Below are positions 1 to 10,999 of a DNA stretch of 64,000 bases, piece after piece. Positions within the stretch are counted from its first letter, which is position 1. Each line of letters opens with the position of its first letter. Location: NCBI GenBank assembly GCA_963737905.1, contig CAVTUQ010000009.1, positions 192,001 to 256,000 of the forward strand, in the 5' to 3' direction. Made by a program: the position numbers and the translations under genes. Origin of the DNA: an uncultured delta proteobacterium (GTDB lineage: Bacteria; Desulfobacterota; Binatia; UBA9968). A model generated the notes under the pieces. It worked only from the letters and a program-made list of their open reading frames with translations, made no database searches and was not told the DNA's origin.

Positions 1-1046
1 ATTTCGCAAGTGGCGCCCGCACGAGCCAGAGCGAGTTCAAAATCGGCATGAATGTCTAGGTTTTCGTCCTCGTATTCGATCTGGTCGCCGCCTTGTTTCG
101 TGCTCTCGTCGACACCGTAAAATTTCCTCATGCCGAGAAATTTCTTGCTCCCGGCCCAGCGCAGGGCAAGGTACCGAGCGGGTTGGGGCCCGCTGTTAAA
201 ATGCTGGTGAAACCAGTTTTCCGGGGGCACGATAATCGTCCCCTCCTGCCAATCGAATTTTCGCGGCGGTTCGCCTGCTTGCCACATGAGCGAGTAGCCG
301 GTGCCGTCTAAAATAATTACGTGATTGCCAGGCCCGTGACGGTGAGCTTTTTTATAGGTTCCAACGGGAAACTCCGATACCAGCGCGGCAAGAATATTTT
401 CGCAAAGGTCGATCAAAACCGTTCTCCGCCCGCTCCGCGCTCTTTCCACTCGTAAGCGCGATGGAACTGACATCTTCGACAAAATTGGTATCCCAAATGC
501 GTCCCCGATAAGCCTGCCCCTTGCCGGAAAAATAATCGTCGGCCTCCGTATAGCGGTCGCGGAACTCGAATGGGTTTTTGAAGATGAAGTTGAGGTTATG
601 AAACAAGTTCATAACGATGGGCGCCGTGGTGACGGCCAGGAATCTGGCGGGCTCCGTACCACTACCGTTGAAATGTTGACGCCAGGTATTCAGCGGCGGC
701 GAAAACAAGCTGCCGGCTTGCCATTCAAAGGTTTGCTTTTTGCCGTCGGCCCAGCCAATGGATGTCGCACCACGGCCGCCTAAGACGTAAATCAACTCTT
801 CAAAGAATGTCGTTCAGGCACCAAGGCTTTGCCCGGCGGAATCTCGCAGATATAAGCGTCATTTACTTCGCCCGTGCCGATCAAATTCAAATAGACTCCG
901 CGTCCGCCTTTTCGCTCCCAGGGATACAGGGTAACCTCGCGGATATCCGGAATATAAAAATCGCGAAGCACGGGCAGGCCTTCGCTTTCGAGCCATTTCT
1001 GGTATGTCGTTCTTCCACGAATCTCAGCGTTTTGGTTTGGGATCAT
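1..1046 (-). CDS. Bicupin-domain protein, frameshifted, runs off the left edge
   Basis: ORFs 792..1046 and 352..795 join and continue below 400 in another frame (EFPVGTYKKAHRHGPG...VPPENWFHQHFN). Two cupin halves. Paralog of the gene starting at 63689. Frameshifts near 800 and 440. Confidence 0.8.
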
Positions 1047-1148
1047 GAGGTTTCCTGGCTAAAGCTCCGGGTCCAAGTCGAATCAAACAACGTGGTTGGT
1101 CGCGACTAGTCTTCTCCTTGTCAATTGAGGAAACGATTGATTTAAGTC

Positions 1149-2120
1149 CTACGACCATGCCGCAAAGCCCATACCGACTCCCGTACCCGCGGCCGATCGA
1201 TAGCAGGGCGCGTAGTCGATGAGCTTCATTTCGAGATGCTCTGTGGCGCCAGCAGTAACAATCCAGTTGCGGATTTCGGAAGTTCCAGACATCAGCCTCT
1301 CGTTTGGTATCGATGTCAGCAGTTTTTCATCCTTGTTATTCATTGCCGAAATAATCGTCTTATCGAACTCTTCGTCCAGTACGAAGTGACTCAAGCCGCC
1401 GGAAGCAATGATGGCGACGCGGGTATCGCTATTCCAAGCTTCCACCGCTTGTCGTAAAGCCTTACCAAGCTCGTAGCAACGCTCCGCCGAGGGCTGATTG
1501 GGCGGATAGTAAGTGTTCAGCATAATCGGCACCGTCGGAACGGGTCGGTTATTCAGAATGCGCCGGTAGACGAAGCTGAACGCATGACCCATGCCTTGGC
1601 CCTGTCTAATAAATTGGGACTGCGCCACGTCGAACCGACGATCCATGAGCAACTCAATCAGGTGCCTGCCCAAGTCCGATGCGACGGGATAATCCTTTTC
1701 TTCCTCGCCATAAGCCCAACGGGCCGAATGCAGGGCTGGAATGAGACTCTCTGGTATGTGTGGGATGGTTCTGCCCCAGTAGATTAGCATCGCTGGGACG
1801 TTGTCGTCTCTAATGACTTCTTGCTGGTCATCTCCGACCATGATGAGCACGTCAGGCATGACGCTCTCGACGATTTCCGCCTCTTTAGCGATCGCGCGCT
1901 GGCAAGCCTCATAGCGGGCTCGCCACTTTTCTGGAGTAAGCTCCGCTTGAATCGAGGGCGGCGCGGTCTTTAAAAGCTGGTTGTAAGTCAAAGGAGTGCC
2001 GTCGTTGGCGAAGAGGTCATCGCCGCGCTTGTCCCGCTCAGCGTGCACGGGCCAAACTTCAGGCGGGGTACTCAATTGCGGACTGTGAGAAGTGCCTAAG
2101 CCGAGCACGATTCTTGCCAT
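1149..2120 (-). CDS. Extradiol ring-cleavage dioxygenase, LigB (protocatechuate 4,5-dioxygenase beta) family
   Basis: N-terminal GTSHSP, GDDQ, GHAFSF, ASGGLSHF and SEIRNW motifs typical of class III extradiol dioxygenases. Confidence 0.85.
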   Translation of the reverse strand: MARIVLGLGTSHSPQLSTPPEVWPVHAERDKRGDDLFANDGTPLTYNQLLKTAPPSIQAELTPEKWRARYEACQRAIAKEAEIVESVMPDVLIMVGDDQQEVIRDDNVPAMLIYWGRTIPHIPESLIPALHSARWAYGEEEKDYPVASDLGRHLIELLMDRRFDVAQSQFIRQGQGMGHAFSFVYRRILNNRPVPTVPIMLNTYYPPNQPSAERCYELGKALRQAVEAWNSDTRVAIIASGGLSHFVLDEEFDKTIISAMNNKDEKLLTSIPNERLMSGTSEIRNWIVTAGATEHLEMKLIDYAPCYRSAAGTGVGMGFAAWS

Positions 2121-2132
2121 TTTGCAGCTCCT

Positions 2133-3144
2133 CTAGCGCGAATCGGTGATATGGCTTTCTCTGGCTGGTTGTGAAACACCCGTGTTAGGCAATCTGGAGA
2201 CGGTTTCTGCCATGGGGAATAAGTTATTGAGACTCGGACGCGATGAGATATATCCCTGCTGCTCGGCATACTCGACGAATTTCTCAAGCACGTTCGCATT
2301 AGGGCTCAAGCCGTGGTTCCACGGGTTCTCGCCGAATCTTCTCTCCTGTTCTTCGCGCAAAAGCACCGCCGTAGGAAATGAAAATCGTTTCGGGTACTGA
2401 TATCGCTCCATGCATAACCTGTCAGCTTCATCGAACGCGGCGAGAAGCCGTCCGGCGAGCCACGGATGTTTATTCAAAAGCGATTCTTTTAAAACCAGGG
2501 TGTGCGTAATCGGAAAAATCTGCGTTCTATCGAAGTAGCGTTGTACCGAAGTTGGGCAATCCTGGAACAGTCTCCGTATCCGAGGATCGCCGGCCCGGTA
2601 TGCACGCGGCACATTTGCCGCAATCACCGCATCCAGCTCCCCGTCGAGAAGCAGTTGTTCCACATCTTTCTCTTGAACAGTTTTCTTTACGTTCTGAGGC
2701 GCCGCGTATCCGGCACCTTTCGGTCGATGAGGTAACCCAATGAACGTCGGAGGGAGAAACGCCGTGATGTTCTTGGAGGATTCCCCGCGCCCACAAGCCG
2801 ACGGTAAACCGGTATTGCTCCATCCCCACCTTTTTGCCTTTCAAGTCTTGAGGCGCGTCGATTCCGGAATTTGGCGAGCAGAAGATATACGGCTGTATGA
2901 ACATGCGGAGCGGAAAAACCGGTAGGGCCACCAAGGGTTCGCCGCGGCAGCGCGCCATGACATACCAAGACAAGGACATTTCTACGACGTCGAACATTTC
3001 ATACACGGGCCTATAGCACGCTGCTCCCTGGGTTGGCGGAGGAAATACTTTTAGGGAAACGCCGTCAACGCGCGCCTCGCCCGTGGCCAGCGCGTTGGTT
3101 CTGTCATAATCCGCAACCATCAAACTGAGCTCAAGATCACCCAT
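2133..3144 (-). CDS. 4,5-dihydroxyphthalate decarboxylase-like protein (Pht5 family, periplasmic-binding fold), frameshifted
   Basis: N-terminal LSLMVADYDRT...DGV, EMSLSWY, ALPVFPLR; C-terminal GELDAVI and IFPITH. ORFs 2527..3144 and 2133..2663 join via a frameshift near 2700. Confidence 0.75.
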
Positions 3145-3205
3145 GTTGGACCCCTTTCACGTAAGCCTGTCTAACCGTCGATCCAATCTATAGACTGCGC
3201 TCTCG

Positions 3206-4198
3206 CTACCTCTTGAGTTGGTCGCCGGCCAACTTATTGACGAAATCTTCGCGGAAAAACTTATCCATATTTCCGTCTATCTTGAGATTTGCTGCGCGCG
3301 CCAAGGCCTCAATATTTCCTTTGTTCATGGATACTGAGAAGCCGTCAATAACGTAATTCAGCGACTTCTCCAAGGTCTCTGTATTGGCACTCAGGTCTAC
3401 TTTGCTCAGAAACAGGATTGTCTTCCGCGTTTCACTGCGGATAAAGGTTATCGAGTTCCGAATGGCTTTTAAAAAGGCAAAGATTTCCGCTGGCTGGGAT
3501 TTTGCCTTTAGATTTGTCGTAACAATGACAACAAAAGGCAGCTCAGGGATCGCCTTGCCGATTTCAAAAAGCGTCGGGAAACCCTTTGCCTCTAACAAAC
3601 CTCTTTCAGTTGCAGAAAACGGAGCAGCTTGAATTATTCCGTTCTCCAAAGCGTTTACCCGCATAGGGCTATTGCTCGTGAACATCACTCGGTAGTCTCT
3701 ATCACGAACCAAACCCTTCCTTCTCAAGGCTTCGACGGTGGCGAACTCAGTCACCCCTCCGGATCCAGTTACACCGATTACCTTTCCTTTGAGATCGCTG
3801 ACCGTTGATATCCCTTTCGCCGCAATGAGGGCTTGATCCAAATGGGCGGTATGTCCGCCTACAATGACAACATCCGCGCCTCTGTTGATGCTGGTGATTG
3901 CTGTAATTCCCCCCATAATCGCAAAGTCGGCTTCGCCACTCAGCAAGGCGGCTATGATAATAGGTCCTCCCCTTACATAAGTAGGCCGTACGTCAAGCCC
4001 TTCAGCAGTGAACATTCCGAACTGTCGCCCTATGCTTACAGGCAAAGATGAGTTCCACGCGGGTGAAGGATATACGACGGTCAGCGTTTTCGCATGAACA
4101 TAGCCGGGGGTGAGCAAGGGCTGGCAAAGGAAAGCCACCACAACCCCTAAAAAAAGGAATTGTTGCAACGTGCTTAGTGAGATTTGAGACCGAGCCAT
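3206..4198 (-). CDS. ABC solute-binding protein, NMT1/THI5/SsuA-like
   Basis: Signal peptide; F..EGLDV, ALLSGEADF and DLKGKVIGV motifs. Confidence 0.85.
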   Translation of the reverse strand: MARSQISLSTLQQFLFLGVVVAFLCQPLLTPGYVHAKTLTVVYPSPAWNSSLPVSIGRQFGMFTAEGLDVRPTYVRGGPIIIAALLSGEADFAIMGGITAITSINRGADVVIVGGHTAHLDQALIAAKGISTVSDLKGKVIGVTGSGGVTEFATVEALRRKGLVRDRDYRVMFTSNSPMRVNALENGIIQAAPFSATERGLLEAKGFPTLFEIGKAIPELPFVVIVTTNLKAKSQPAEIFAFLKAIRNSITFIRSETRKTILFLSKVDLSANTETLEKSLNYVIDGFSVSMNKGNIEALARAANLKIDGNMDKFFREDFVNKLAGDQLKR

Positions 4199-5306
4199 TT
4201 AGTTGTTAGCCGTCGTATGCATGGCGGCCAGGCGCTCTGAACGCTGCCATCGCTTGAGCGGCTTTCCCTCCGCGAGAGCTTGCAGCTCTCGTTCCCAGAT
4301 TTTTCGAATAAGGATTAACGCTCGATCCGACCGGCCCAAGATTTCTTGCTTCCGAAGATCTACCGGTCCCTGGCCAACCTGAGTCGCATAGTCCTGAATC
4401 CAAATGATGTTCGCTCGCTCATCCCCTTCGATGTCTTGTATCCGAACCTCGCCCCGGAGAATAGCCTCTCCCAATCGGCCGCCGGGTGGCCAAGTTGCCG
4501 GTCCGCGCCTTGTGGCGATTCTTATAAGCCTCCCCTTCGGCACCGTTGAGAATGTGGGTGACGTCCAGTTGAAAACTCGCATGTCGCTCATCGTCAATTG
4601 GCACTCGCCACGCGAGATGATCTCGGTCGCGCTCCCGAAAACAGAGAATGTTCGGCAAGCCATGGTGAGTGATGTAAAGCTTTCCGCTCGGGAAGCGCGA
4701 CTGCAGCAGCACACCCCACTCGCTCTCCTCGACCGCGATTTCTGGAATCTCGACGGCTCGACTCATGTACAACTCAGACTCACGGTGAGTAAACGGGATA
4801 TGAATCGGATCATTCTCCAGGTTATTGACGAAATTGCACGGTCGCACGTAAGTCTCGACCCAGAGTCCTGCCTTTTCAAAATCAGGATAGCGAGGCAGCG
4901 GCGGCGGTTCTCCTTCGCCGAAATAGACAAAGATCAATCCCAAATATTCTTTGGCAGGACAACTCCGAATGCGAATCTTTTCCGCGAACGATTCCCTTTC
5001 CGCCGGCTGCTCCACGCACTGCCCCGATCCATCGAACTTCCAACCGTGAAATCGACAGCGAATCGAGTCGTTCTCAATCCAGCCAACCGACAGTTGGGTC
5101 AAACGATGCGGACAGCGAAATGCCACCACATGAGGCTTCCCGCTTTGGCCTCGATAGAGAGTAAAGTCTTCGCCCATGACTCGGATCGGCTTTGCCCAGC
5201 CCGGTTTCAAGTCTTCCGCCCGGAACACCGGATGCCAGAATTTCCTCATATATCGGCCGGCCAGGGTCTCGGGTTCGGTGTAATAATAATCCATGAAATT
5301 GGTCAT
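4199..5306 (-). CDS. Rieske non-heme iron oxygenase alpha subunit (phthalate 4,5-dioxygenase/VanA-like), frameshifted
   Basis: Rieske ligands CPHR...CRFHGW; mononuclear iron segment ENDPIHIPFTH; C-terminal QDYATQVGQG...LGRSD lies in the 4199..4714 frame after a frameshift near 4490. Confidence 0.85.
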
Positions 5307-5358
5307 AGTTTACCTGTGCTGCTGTTACCCGCTATTGCTTTGCTGCCGTATAAAACTT

Positions 5359-6320
5359 CTATTTAAGTCCCAGCTCTCTCATTGCTTCCCGCACGGGACT
5401 CAGCTCGGCCACCGTAGTCGAGGAAACTTCGCCGGTTATTTTAAGATCATTTTTTGCTTGATCGATGACCACCCGAAGGCCATCCTCGGGGATAAAGCCA
5501 TTGGGGCTGAAGCCCTTCCACGTCGAATCAAAAGAGGCAGTGGCACTTGATCGATCGGTTTTGGCCCAGGCCGCTAAAATTTGAATGGCATCATCGCGAT
5601 GTTTGATCATGAATTGATTAGCCCTGATCAACGTCTTGATGACCTTCTTAACCTCCTCGGGTTTTTCCGCCAGTTTTTTTGTGTTAGTTCCCAATCCCAT
5701 GTATGGAAATCGCACAATCTCATTGGCTTTCGTCAGCACGGTGAAACCCATTTTTTTTCCTTCGGAATCGCTTGGCGGAGCAACCACCGCGCCGTCCACG
5801 ACACCCTGACTCATCGCAGCCAAACGTGCACCATCTGAGCCCAAGGCGATAAGTTTGATGTCCTGCTTTGGATCGAGGCCGAAGTGTTTGCTGATCAGCT
5901 GCGCGACGACGTCGGCGGAGCTGCCGAAGGAGCCGAATGCGATGGATCTCCCTTAAATTCCTTGAATGATTGAATACCCGGTCGCGCCAGAATCACATAA
6001 GTCGGGCTGTCGATGAATGTCGCCACGACTTTTACCGGCAACCCTCGCATTGCCGCTCTCACGACCGCACTAAAAACCATCGTGTAGTCGATGGAGCCGC
6101 TCGCCAGCGCCGAAATCGACACGCTTGCCGTAGTTTGAATGATTTCCGGGTCTAGGCCTTCGTCCCTGAAATATCCCTTTTTTGTTGCGACCCCGGCGCT
6201 CAGATAGGTTATGTTGTAGTTTGTTACGGCAATCCTAATTTTGTCGGCGGCTTCGACCGAGCTACCGCAAACGCAAACAAGCAAAAAAGCCGCCGATATT
6301 CTGTTGATGTGATTTCTCAT
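5359..6320 (-). CDS. ABC solute-binding protein, NMT1/SsuA-like, frameshifted
   Basis: ORF 5895..6320 (signal peptide, GYFRDEGLD) joins 5359..5844 via a frameshift near 5950. Confidence 0.8.
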
Positions 6321-6463
6321 GGGTAAATCCGTCCGGGTAAGCGAATTTTGACAGTGTCACGTAACTACGGCATATCCTTGTCGAGACACGATCACACCGT
6401 CCGCTTGACGAAAACTCTCAAAACCGCCGAGGGTTGTCAAGATTAAATCTTTCGACTATTAGA

Positions 6464-6478
6464 TTAAGCAGGGCTTAA
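6464..6478. promoter_or_regulatory. Putative LysR recognition site TTAAGC-AGG-GCTTAA
   Basis: Perfect interrupted palindrome containing T-N11-A, between the lysR start (6486) and the divergent catabolic genes. Confidence 0.65.
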
Positions 6479-6485
6479 CCAGGCG

Positions 6486-7380
6486 ATGGGGATGGATCCG
6501 AGAAAGCTACGCGCTTTTTACTATGTGGGTAAGTACGGGAGTCTGCTCACAGCAGCGAACTATCTCAAAGTGAGCCCTCCCGCGATTTCCGTTCAGCTCA
6601 AAGCATTTGAAAAAGAATTACAGGTCAAGCTGTTTCATCGGTACCCGAATAAATTGATTCTCACAGAGCACGGACGGCTCCTGCTCAATAAAGCTAACCG
6701 TGTCTTTGAAGCGATGACGCAACTCGAGGAAGCCGCCTCGCAAACGCCCCAAACGGATTTGGAATTATTAACGATCGCTTTGGGAAGCGATCTGCCGAAA
6801 TTCCTCGCCCCACAAATTGCCGCTTTTAGTCGGAGTCATCCGCGCCTGAGGGTGACCATTATATCTCGACCCTCTGAAACATTATCGTTGCTCCTGGAAG
6901 GTACGGTGGACGTAGCCATTGGGTGGTTTACAAAAGTACCTCGCGCTCTTCAAAAGCGGACCTTATTCGATAGCAAATTGTACCTGGTCTTCCCTCACAA
7001 CCATCCTCTTTCGCGAAAACAAAACGTATCTCTTGCTGACATTGCCAGCTTCAGGCTGATCCTGCACGCTCGCAGTGCGGCAGCCAGGCGGATTGTTGAT
7101 TCCCGTTTCCATGACAATGGAATTGAAATTGACAATATTCTAGAAGTCGGAACATGCGACGCTATCGCAGAATTTGTGCGGTTAGGCCTTGGGATCGGCT
7201 TTATCCATGACATTTGTTTGCCGAAGGGACGAGACAAGAATATTGAATCGTTGGATATGAGCCCTAAGACTCGGGACTCTAGAGGTATCCTTGGTCTACA
7301 AAAAATCAACTGCCTCGAGCTCGTCCTACAAAGCTCTGATTCAAAGCCTCGCTCCCTCTTGCGAGCCGATTTCCAAATAG
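6486..7380 (+). CDS. LysR-family transcriptional regulator
   Basis: N-terminal HTH (GSLLTAANYLKVSPPAISVQLKAFEKEL) plus substrate-binding domain. Likely frameshift near 7265; the alternative frame LEVSLVYKK ends at TAG 7378-7380, while the raw ORF runs to 7448. Confidence 0.9.
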
Positions 7381-7497
7381 GGCACGTCATTTTGAGGAGC
7401 GCCCACGCCATGGCTTGGGAACGGCGCGACTGCAGGTTTTTCACTTGATGTCTTTCGCTCGCCTGCCCTATCTTACGTTTGCCGGGTCGCGCACATA

Positions 7498-8094
7498 ATG
7501 AAACGTCAAATTACTTTAGTCAGATTTGCTTTGACAGTCTTGTTTTCCGTTGTCCCGGTTTTAGACGCAGGCGCCAAGGATATCAATCTGGGTTGGTCCG
7601 GCCAGGGTAGTTGGTCCACTTTACCTTACATCGTCGCGGGTGAAAGAGGGTTCTTCGAGAGAGAAGGACTAAAGGTCCGGCTCATTACTTTTCGCGGTAC
7701 GAACCTCATGCTAACCGCGCTTCTCGCTGGAGAGCTGGATTACGCGACGATCCTGCCATTTCTCACCGGAGCGTCGGCGCGGGGATTGCCTGTGAAAATC
7801 CTCGGAGCGGTAACCAAGAGCAGCTCTTACGTTATCATCTCGCGGCCGGAGATCGAAAACATCAAAGGTCTGAGAGGCAAAAAAGTCGGTATCAATTCAT
7901 TCGGAAGCTCGGTGGACTATACGGCGTACACGGCTTTGAGTAGAAGCGGGTTGGATCCCAACAACGATGTTACGATTCTCATGTCGGGCGGCGGCAATGT
8001 CGACCGCATCGCTGCGGTCATGAGTGGATCCATCGATGCCACCGTTAAAACTAAGAATCTACGTCAAGATAGGGATCTGTCTCCGCCGGCTTAG
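7498..8094 (+). pseudogene. 3'-truncated NMT1-type solute-binding protein
   Basis: Signal peptide and GFFEREGL, AGELDY, LRGKKVGI motifs. Homology stops at SGSIDATV (about 185 aa versus about 320 aa in paralogs), and the convergent gene leaves no room for the rest. Confidence 0.65.
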
Positions 8095-8107
8095 CACCGC
8101 CGGCGAA

Positions 8108-8497
8108 TCACTGCGTAAACGATAACTCCCAACGGTTGCCATCGGGGTCGAAAACATTGATGGAATAATTCGGACTGTCCCTATGCGGCCGGATTTTTTC
8201 GATGTTGGCGCCGATGTCTTTTAACGCCTTCAAAGCTTTCTCTTGCTCTTGCCAGGGAATAGTCAACGTGTGATGAGGGTCAACCTCTCGCGGCTTTATC
8301 GACGCGTCAAACAGATGAACTTCGAAATTGCCCAGCCGAACATCGACCTCTTTGACCTGGCCGGCTTTTAGCTGTTCTTCAGTCGGCTCCACCCGTCGGG
8401 TGATCTGTCCACCGAGCACATGGGTATAGAACTCCACCGCTTTGTTTAGATCCTTGGCGCTCATGGCAAATGTTCTAAGTCCTTTGATATCAAACAT
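8108..8497 (-). CDS. VOC (glyoxalase/bleomycin resistance) family protein
   Basis: DLNKAVEFYTHVLG and FDPDGNRWEL motifs. Confidence 0.85.
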   Translation of the reverse strand: MFDIKGLRTFAMSAKDLNKAVEFYTHVLGGQITRRVEPTEEQLKAGQVKEVDVRLGNFEVHLFDASIKPREVDPHHTLTIPWQEQEKALKALKDIGANIEKIRPHRDSPNYSINVFDPDGNRWELSFTQ

Positions 8498-8560
8498 GGG
8501 ATCCTCCCTTGATTAAGACTGATTCTCTTGCCGTCAATGGTTTTACGCTGGTTACACTTT

Positions 8561-9586
8561 TCACTGGCTCATGATTATCTTCACCCGTTCGACGACTTCG
8601 GGGGATTGCGTCATGACCTGCTTCGCTAGTGCTTCGAGCTCCTCGCCGGTGCTGGGTGTGATATCGTAATTCTTCTTGTTCGCCTCCGCCAGAAGTTCGG
8701 GGTCGTTCATGGCTTTCATGAACGCCTCGCGGAAAACCTTGGTTTTGTCTGGCGGGAAACCCGGGGGCGCTACGATCGGGCGGCCGAAATCGGTGGCTGC
8801 CATAACCAAGGGCAGCAAGCGCCGCTCCGCTTCGGGGGTCTTGTGCTCGTTCATAAGCTCGTAGATCGTAGGAACGTCAGCTAGTCGCGGATCCCGCGTT
8901 TTGCCGGTCTGCATGAGAATGCGCGCGAAACCGTTTTTACGCCAGGTATGGTAGGGCTCGCGCGAATGATAGGCCTGAATCGTGAGCGCGCGGCACTGCA
9001 GTTCTCCCCGTTCCACTGCCAGGTCGATCTCTCCGCCACCCTGATAGCCGGCAACGACGGTGAATTTTGCGGCGAGAGTTTCTTCCAGCAGCTTGGGCAT
9101 GTAACTGCCTGAGGTGCCGGCTCCGGTAGAGCCGCATTTCGGCGGCTCTTTGGCTCGGCGCACATCCGCCAGGCTCTTGTAAGGTGAATCCGCGCGCATA
9201 TAAAGCAGGTAATCCGACTTATCGGTGCTGCCGATCCAGGTAAATTTCCCCCAATCGTATTTTACCTCCGCCTGTTTTAGGATCTGGTTGAAATAGATCG
9301 ATGGCTGGACCGCCCCGATTGTCAGTCCATCGGGTTTGACGACGTTATAGATATAATTGGCTCCGATGATGGATCCCGCACCAGGCATGTTCTGAACGAT
9401 GAAGCTAGGGTTTCCTGGAATGTGTTTGCCCATGAATTGTGCCGCGAGCCGCGCGTACAAGTCGTAGAGACTTCCGGCACTAGCGGCCGCGACGACTGTA
9501 ACCGTCTTTCCCTGATAAAACGGACCCTGCGCCCGGAGGTCTGAGGTCCAGATCACAAATACCAGGAGCCAGAGTGTTTTCTTCAT
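8561..9586 (-). CDS. Tripartite tricarboxylate transporter substrate-binding protein (TctC/Bug family)
   Basis: FYQGKTV, YDLYAR, HIPGNP.FIVQNMPGAG, GYQGG, AVERGE motifs. Confidence 0.9.
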   Translation of the reverse strand: MKKTLWLLVFVIWTSDLRAQGPFYQGKTVTVVAAASAGSLYDLYARLAAQFMGKHIPGNPSFIVQNMPGAGSIIGANYIYNVVKPDGLTIGAVQPSIYFNQILKQAEVKYDWGKFTWIGSTDKSDYLLYMRADSPYKSLADVRRAKEPPKCGSTGAGTSGSYMPKLLEETLAAKFTVVAGYQGGGEIDLAVERGELQCRALTIQAYHSREPYHTWRKNGFARILMQTGKTRDPRLADVPTIYELMNEHKTPEAERRLLPLVMAATDFGRPIVAPPGFPPDKTKVFREAFMKAMNDPELLAEANKKNYDITPSTGEELEALAKQVMTQSPEVVERVKIIMSQ

Positions 9587-9701
9587 AGGAATTGGCTTAA
9601 CATTGCTGTCTTTCCTATGTCAATGCCGTATCCGAATGGAGCACATCAGCGCTTGCAAGAAGTCGCGCAGCACTAGTAGATGGATAGTGAAGGAGAAAAA
9701 C

Positions 9702-10727
9702 ATGGCAGCAGGGCCTGAGACACAGTCAAGAGCGGCGACCGAGATTCCGCTGGATCCCGATTTGTCTATTTGTGATCCGCACCACCACTTGAGAGAGCGC
9801 CCGAACGACCGCTATTTCCTCGAAGAATTTATTCGGGATACCGCCACCGGGCACAATATCGTGGCCACCGTTTGTGTGGAAAATCGAGCTATGTACCGCA
9901 AGGATGGTCCTGAGACGATGAAGCCCGTAGGCGAGACCGAGTTCTTCGATAGTGTTGCTGCTCAATCGGCTGCGGATCCAAGTAACTCAACCGATGTCGC
10001 GGCAGCCATAGTCGGACACGCGAATCTCGGCCTGGGAGAGGCGGTGGCGCAGGTACTGGAGCTGCATCTCCTGGCGAGTCCCAGTCGGTTTCGCGGTATT
10101 CGCCACTCGACCACGTGGGATCAAAGTGAAGCGATCAGAAGCGACGCCCGGCCAGGATTATTGGCGGATAACACTTTTCGCCGGGGGTTTGCCTGCCTGC
10201 ATCGTTACGGTCTGAGTTTCGACGCATGGCTTTACCATCCGCAGCTTTTAGAGCTCGTGGAGCTTGCGCGCGCCTTTCCAGACGTGACGATTGTTCTCGA
10301 TCACATCGGCGGGCCGCTGGGCGTCGGGCCCTACAAGGGAAAAAGAGACGAGGTCTTTCAAGCATGGCGGGAGGGAATCGCGGACTTATCTACTTGTCCG
10401 AACGTGATGTTGAAACTTGGCGGGTTTGGATCGACTCGTTCCGGCTATGACTGGCACGAGCGCGCCGTGCAACCAGCGTCTGTTGAGCTAGCCAACACGA
10501 TGGCGCCTTATTTCGATTTTTGTATCGAAAAATTCGGCGTCCGCCGCTGCATGTTCGAAAGTAACTTCCCCGTCGACAAAGCGTCTTATTCCTATGTCGC
10601 GATCTGGAACGCCTTCAAACGCATCAGTCAAAACTACTCCGCTTCCGAACGCCAGGCCTTGTTTCATGACACCGCGGTGCGCGTCTATAGAATCGCGATT
10701 ACAAGAGAACACAAACAGGCCGGCTGA
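9702..10727 (+). CDS. Amidohydrolase family protein (Amidohydro_2, lactonase-like)
   Basis: DPHHHL, RFRGIRH, LDHIGGP, MFESNFPVD; Shine-Dalgarno AAGGAG before ATG 9702. Confidence 0.88.
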   Translation: MAAGPETQSRAATEIPLDPDLSICDPHHHLRERPNDRYFLEEFIRDTATGHNIVATVCVENRAMYRKDGPETMKPVGETEFFDSVAAQSAADPSNSTDVAAAIVGHANLGLGEAVAQVLELHLLASPSRFRGIRHSTTWDQSEAIRSDARPGLLADNTFRRGFACLHRYGLSFDAWLYHPQLLELVELARAFPDVTIVLDHIGGPLGVGPYKGKRDEVFQAWREGIADLSTCPNVMLKLGGFGSTRSGYDWHERAVQPASVELANTMAPYFDFCIEKFGVRRCMFESNFPVDKASYSYVAIWNAFKRISQNYSASERQALFHDTAVRVYRIAITREHKQAG

Positions 10728-10999
10728 TTTAATCGGCCGTAAACCTCACGCCAACCTCACAGCAGTGCGACCGAGCAGCGAGCCTCTCCGGTCGCGGGCA
10801 ATGGGCCTGTGCCTTGAGGAGATCCGCAAACTTGAGTTGTGAAGCGTACAGCGAGGAAGAACCGCAAACTCATAGCCAAAACCTCTATGAGTCATTGCAG
10901 CTATACGCTTCTGTGCCCGCTCGCTACGAAGCTCTCTGTTCGGTCTACCGTGTGTCGTGCCTTTTCCTCGATCACAAGTAGTCCGGACTCGGGACGCCG

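Noticed and set aside
4404-5366. 320-aa plus-strand ORF
   Set aside because: Antisense shadow of the Rieske gene. The same applies to 24929..25861, 27923..28765, 49287..50228 and 55304..56014, which overlap genes with clear motifs.
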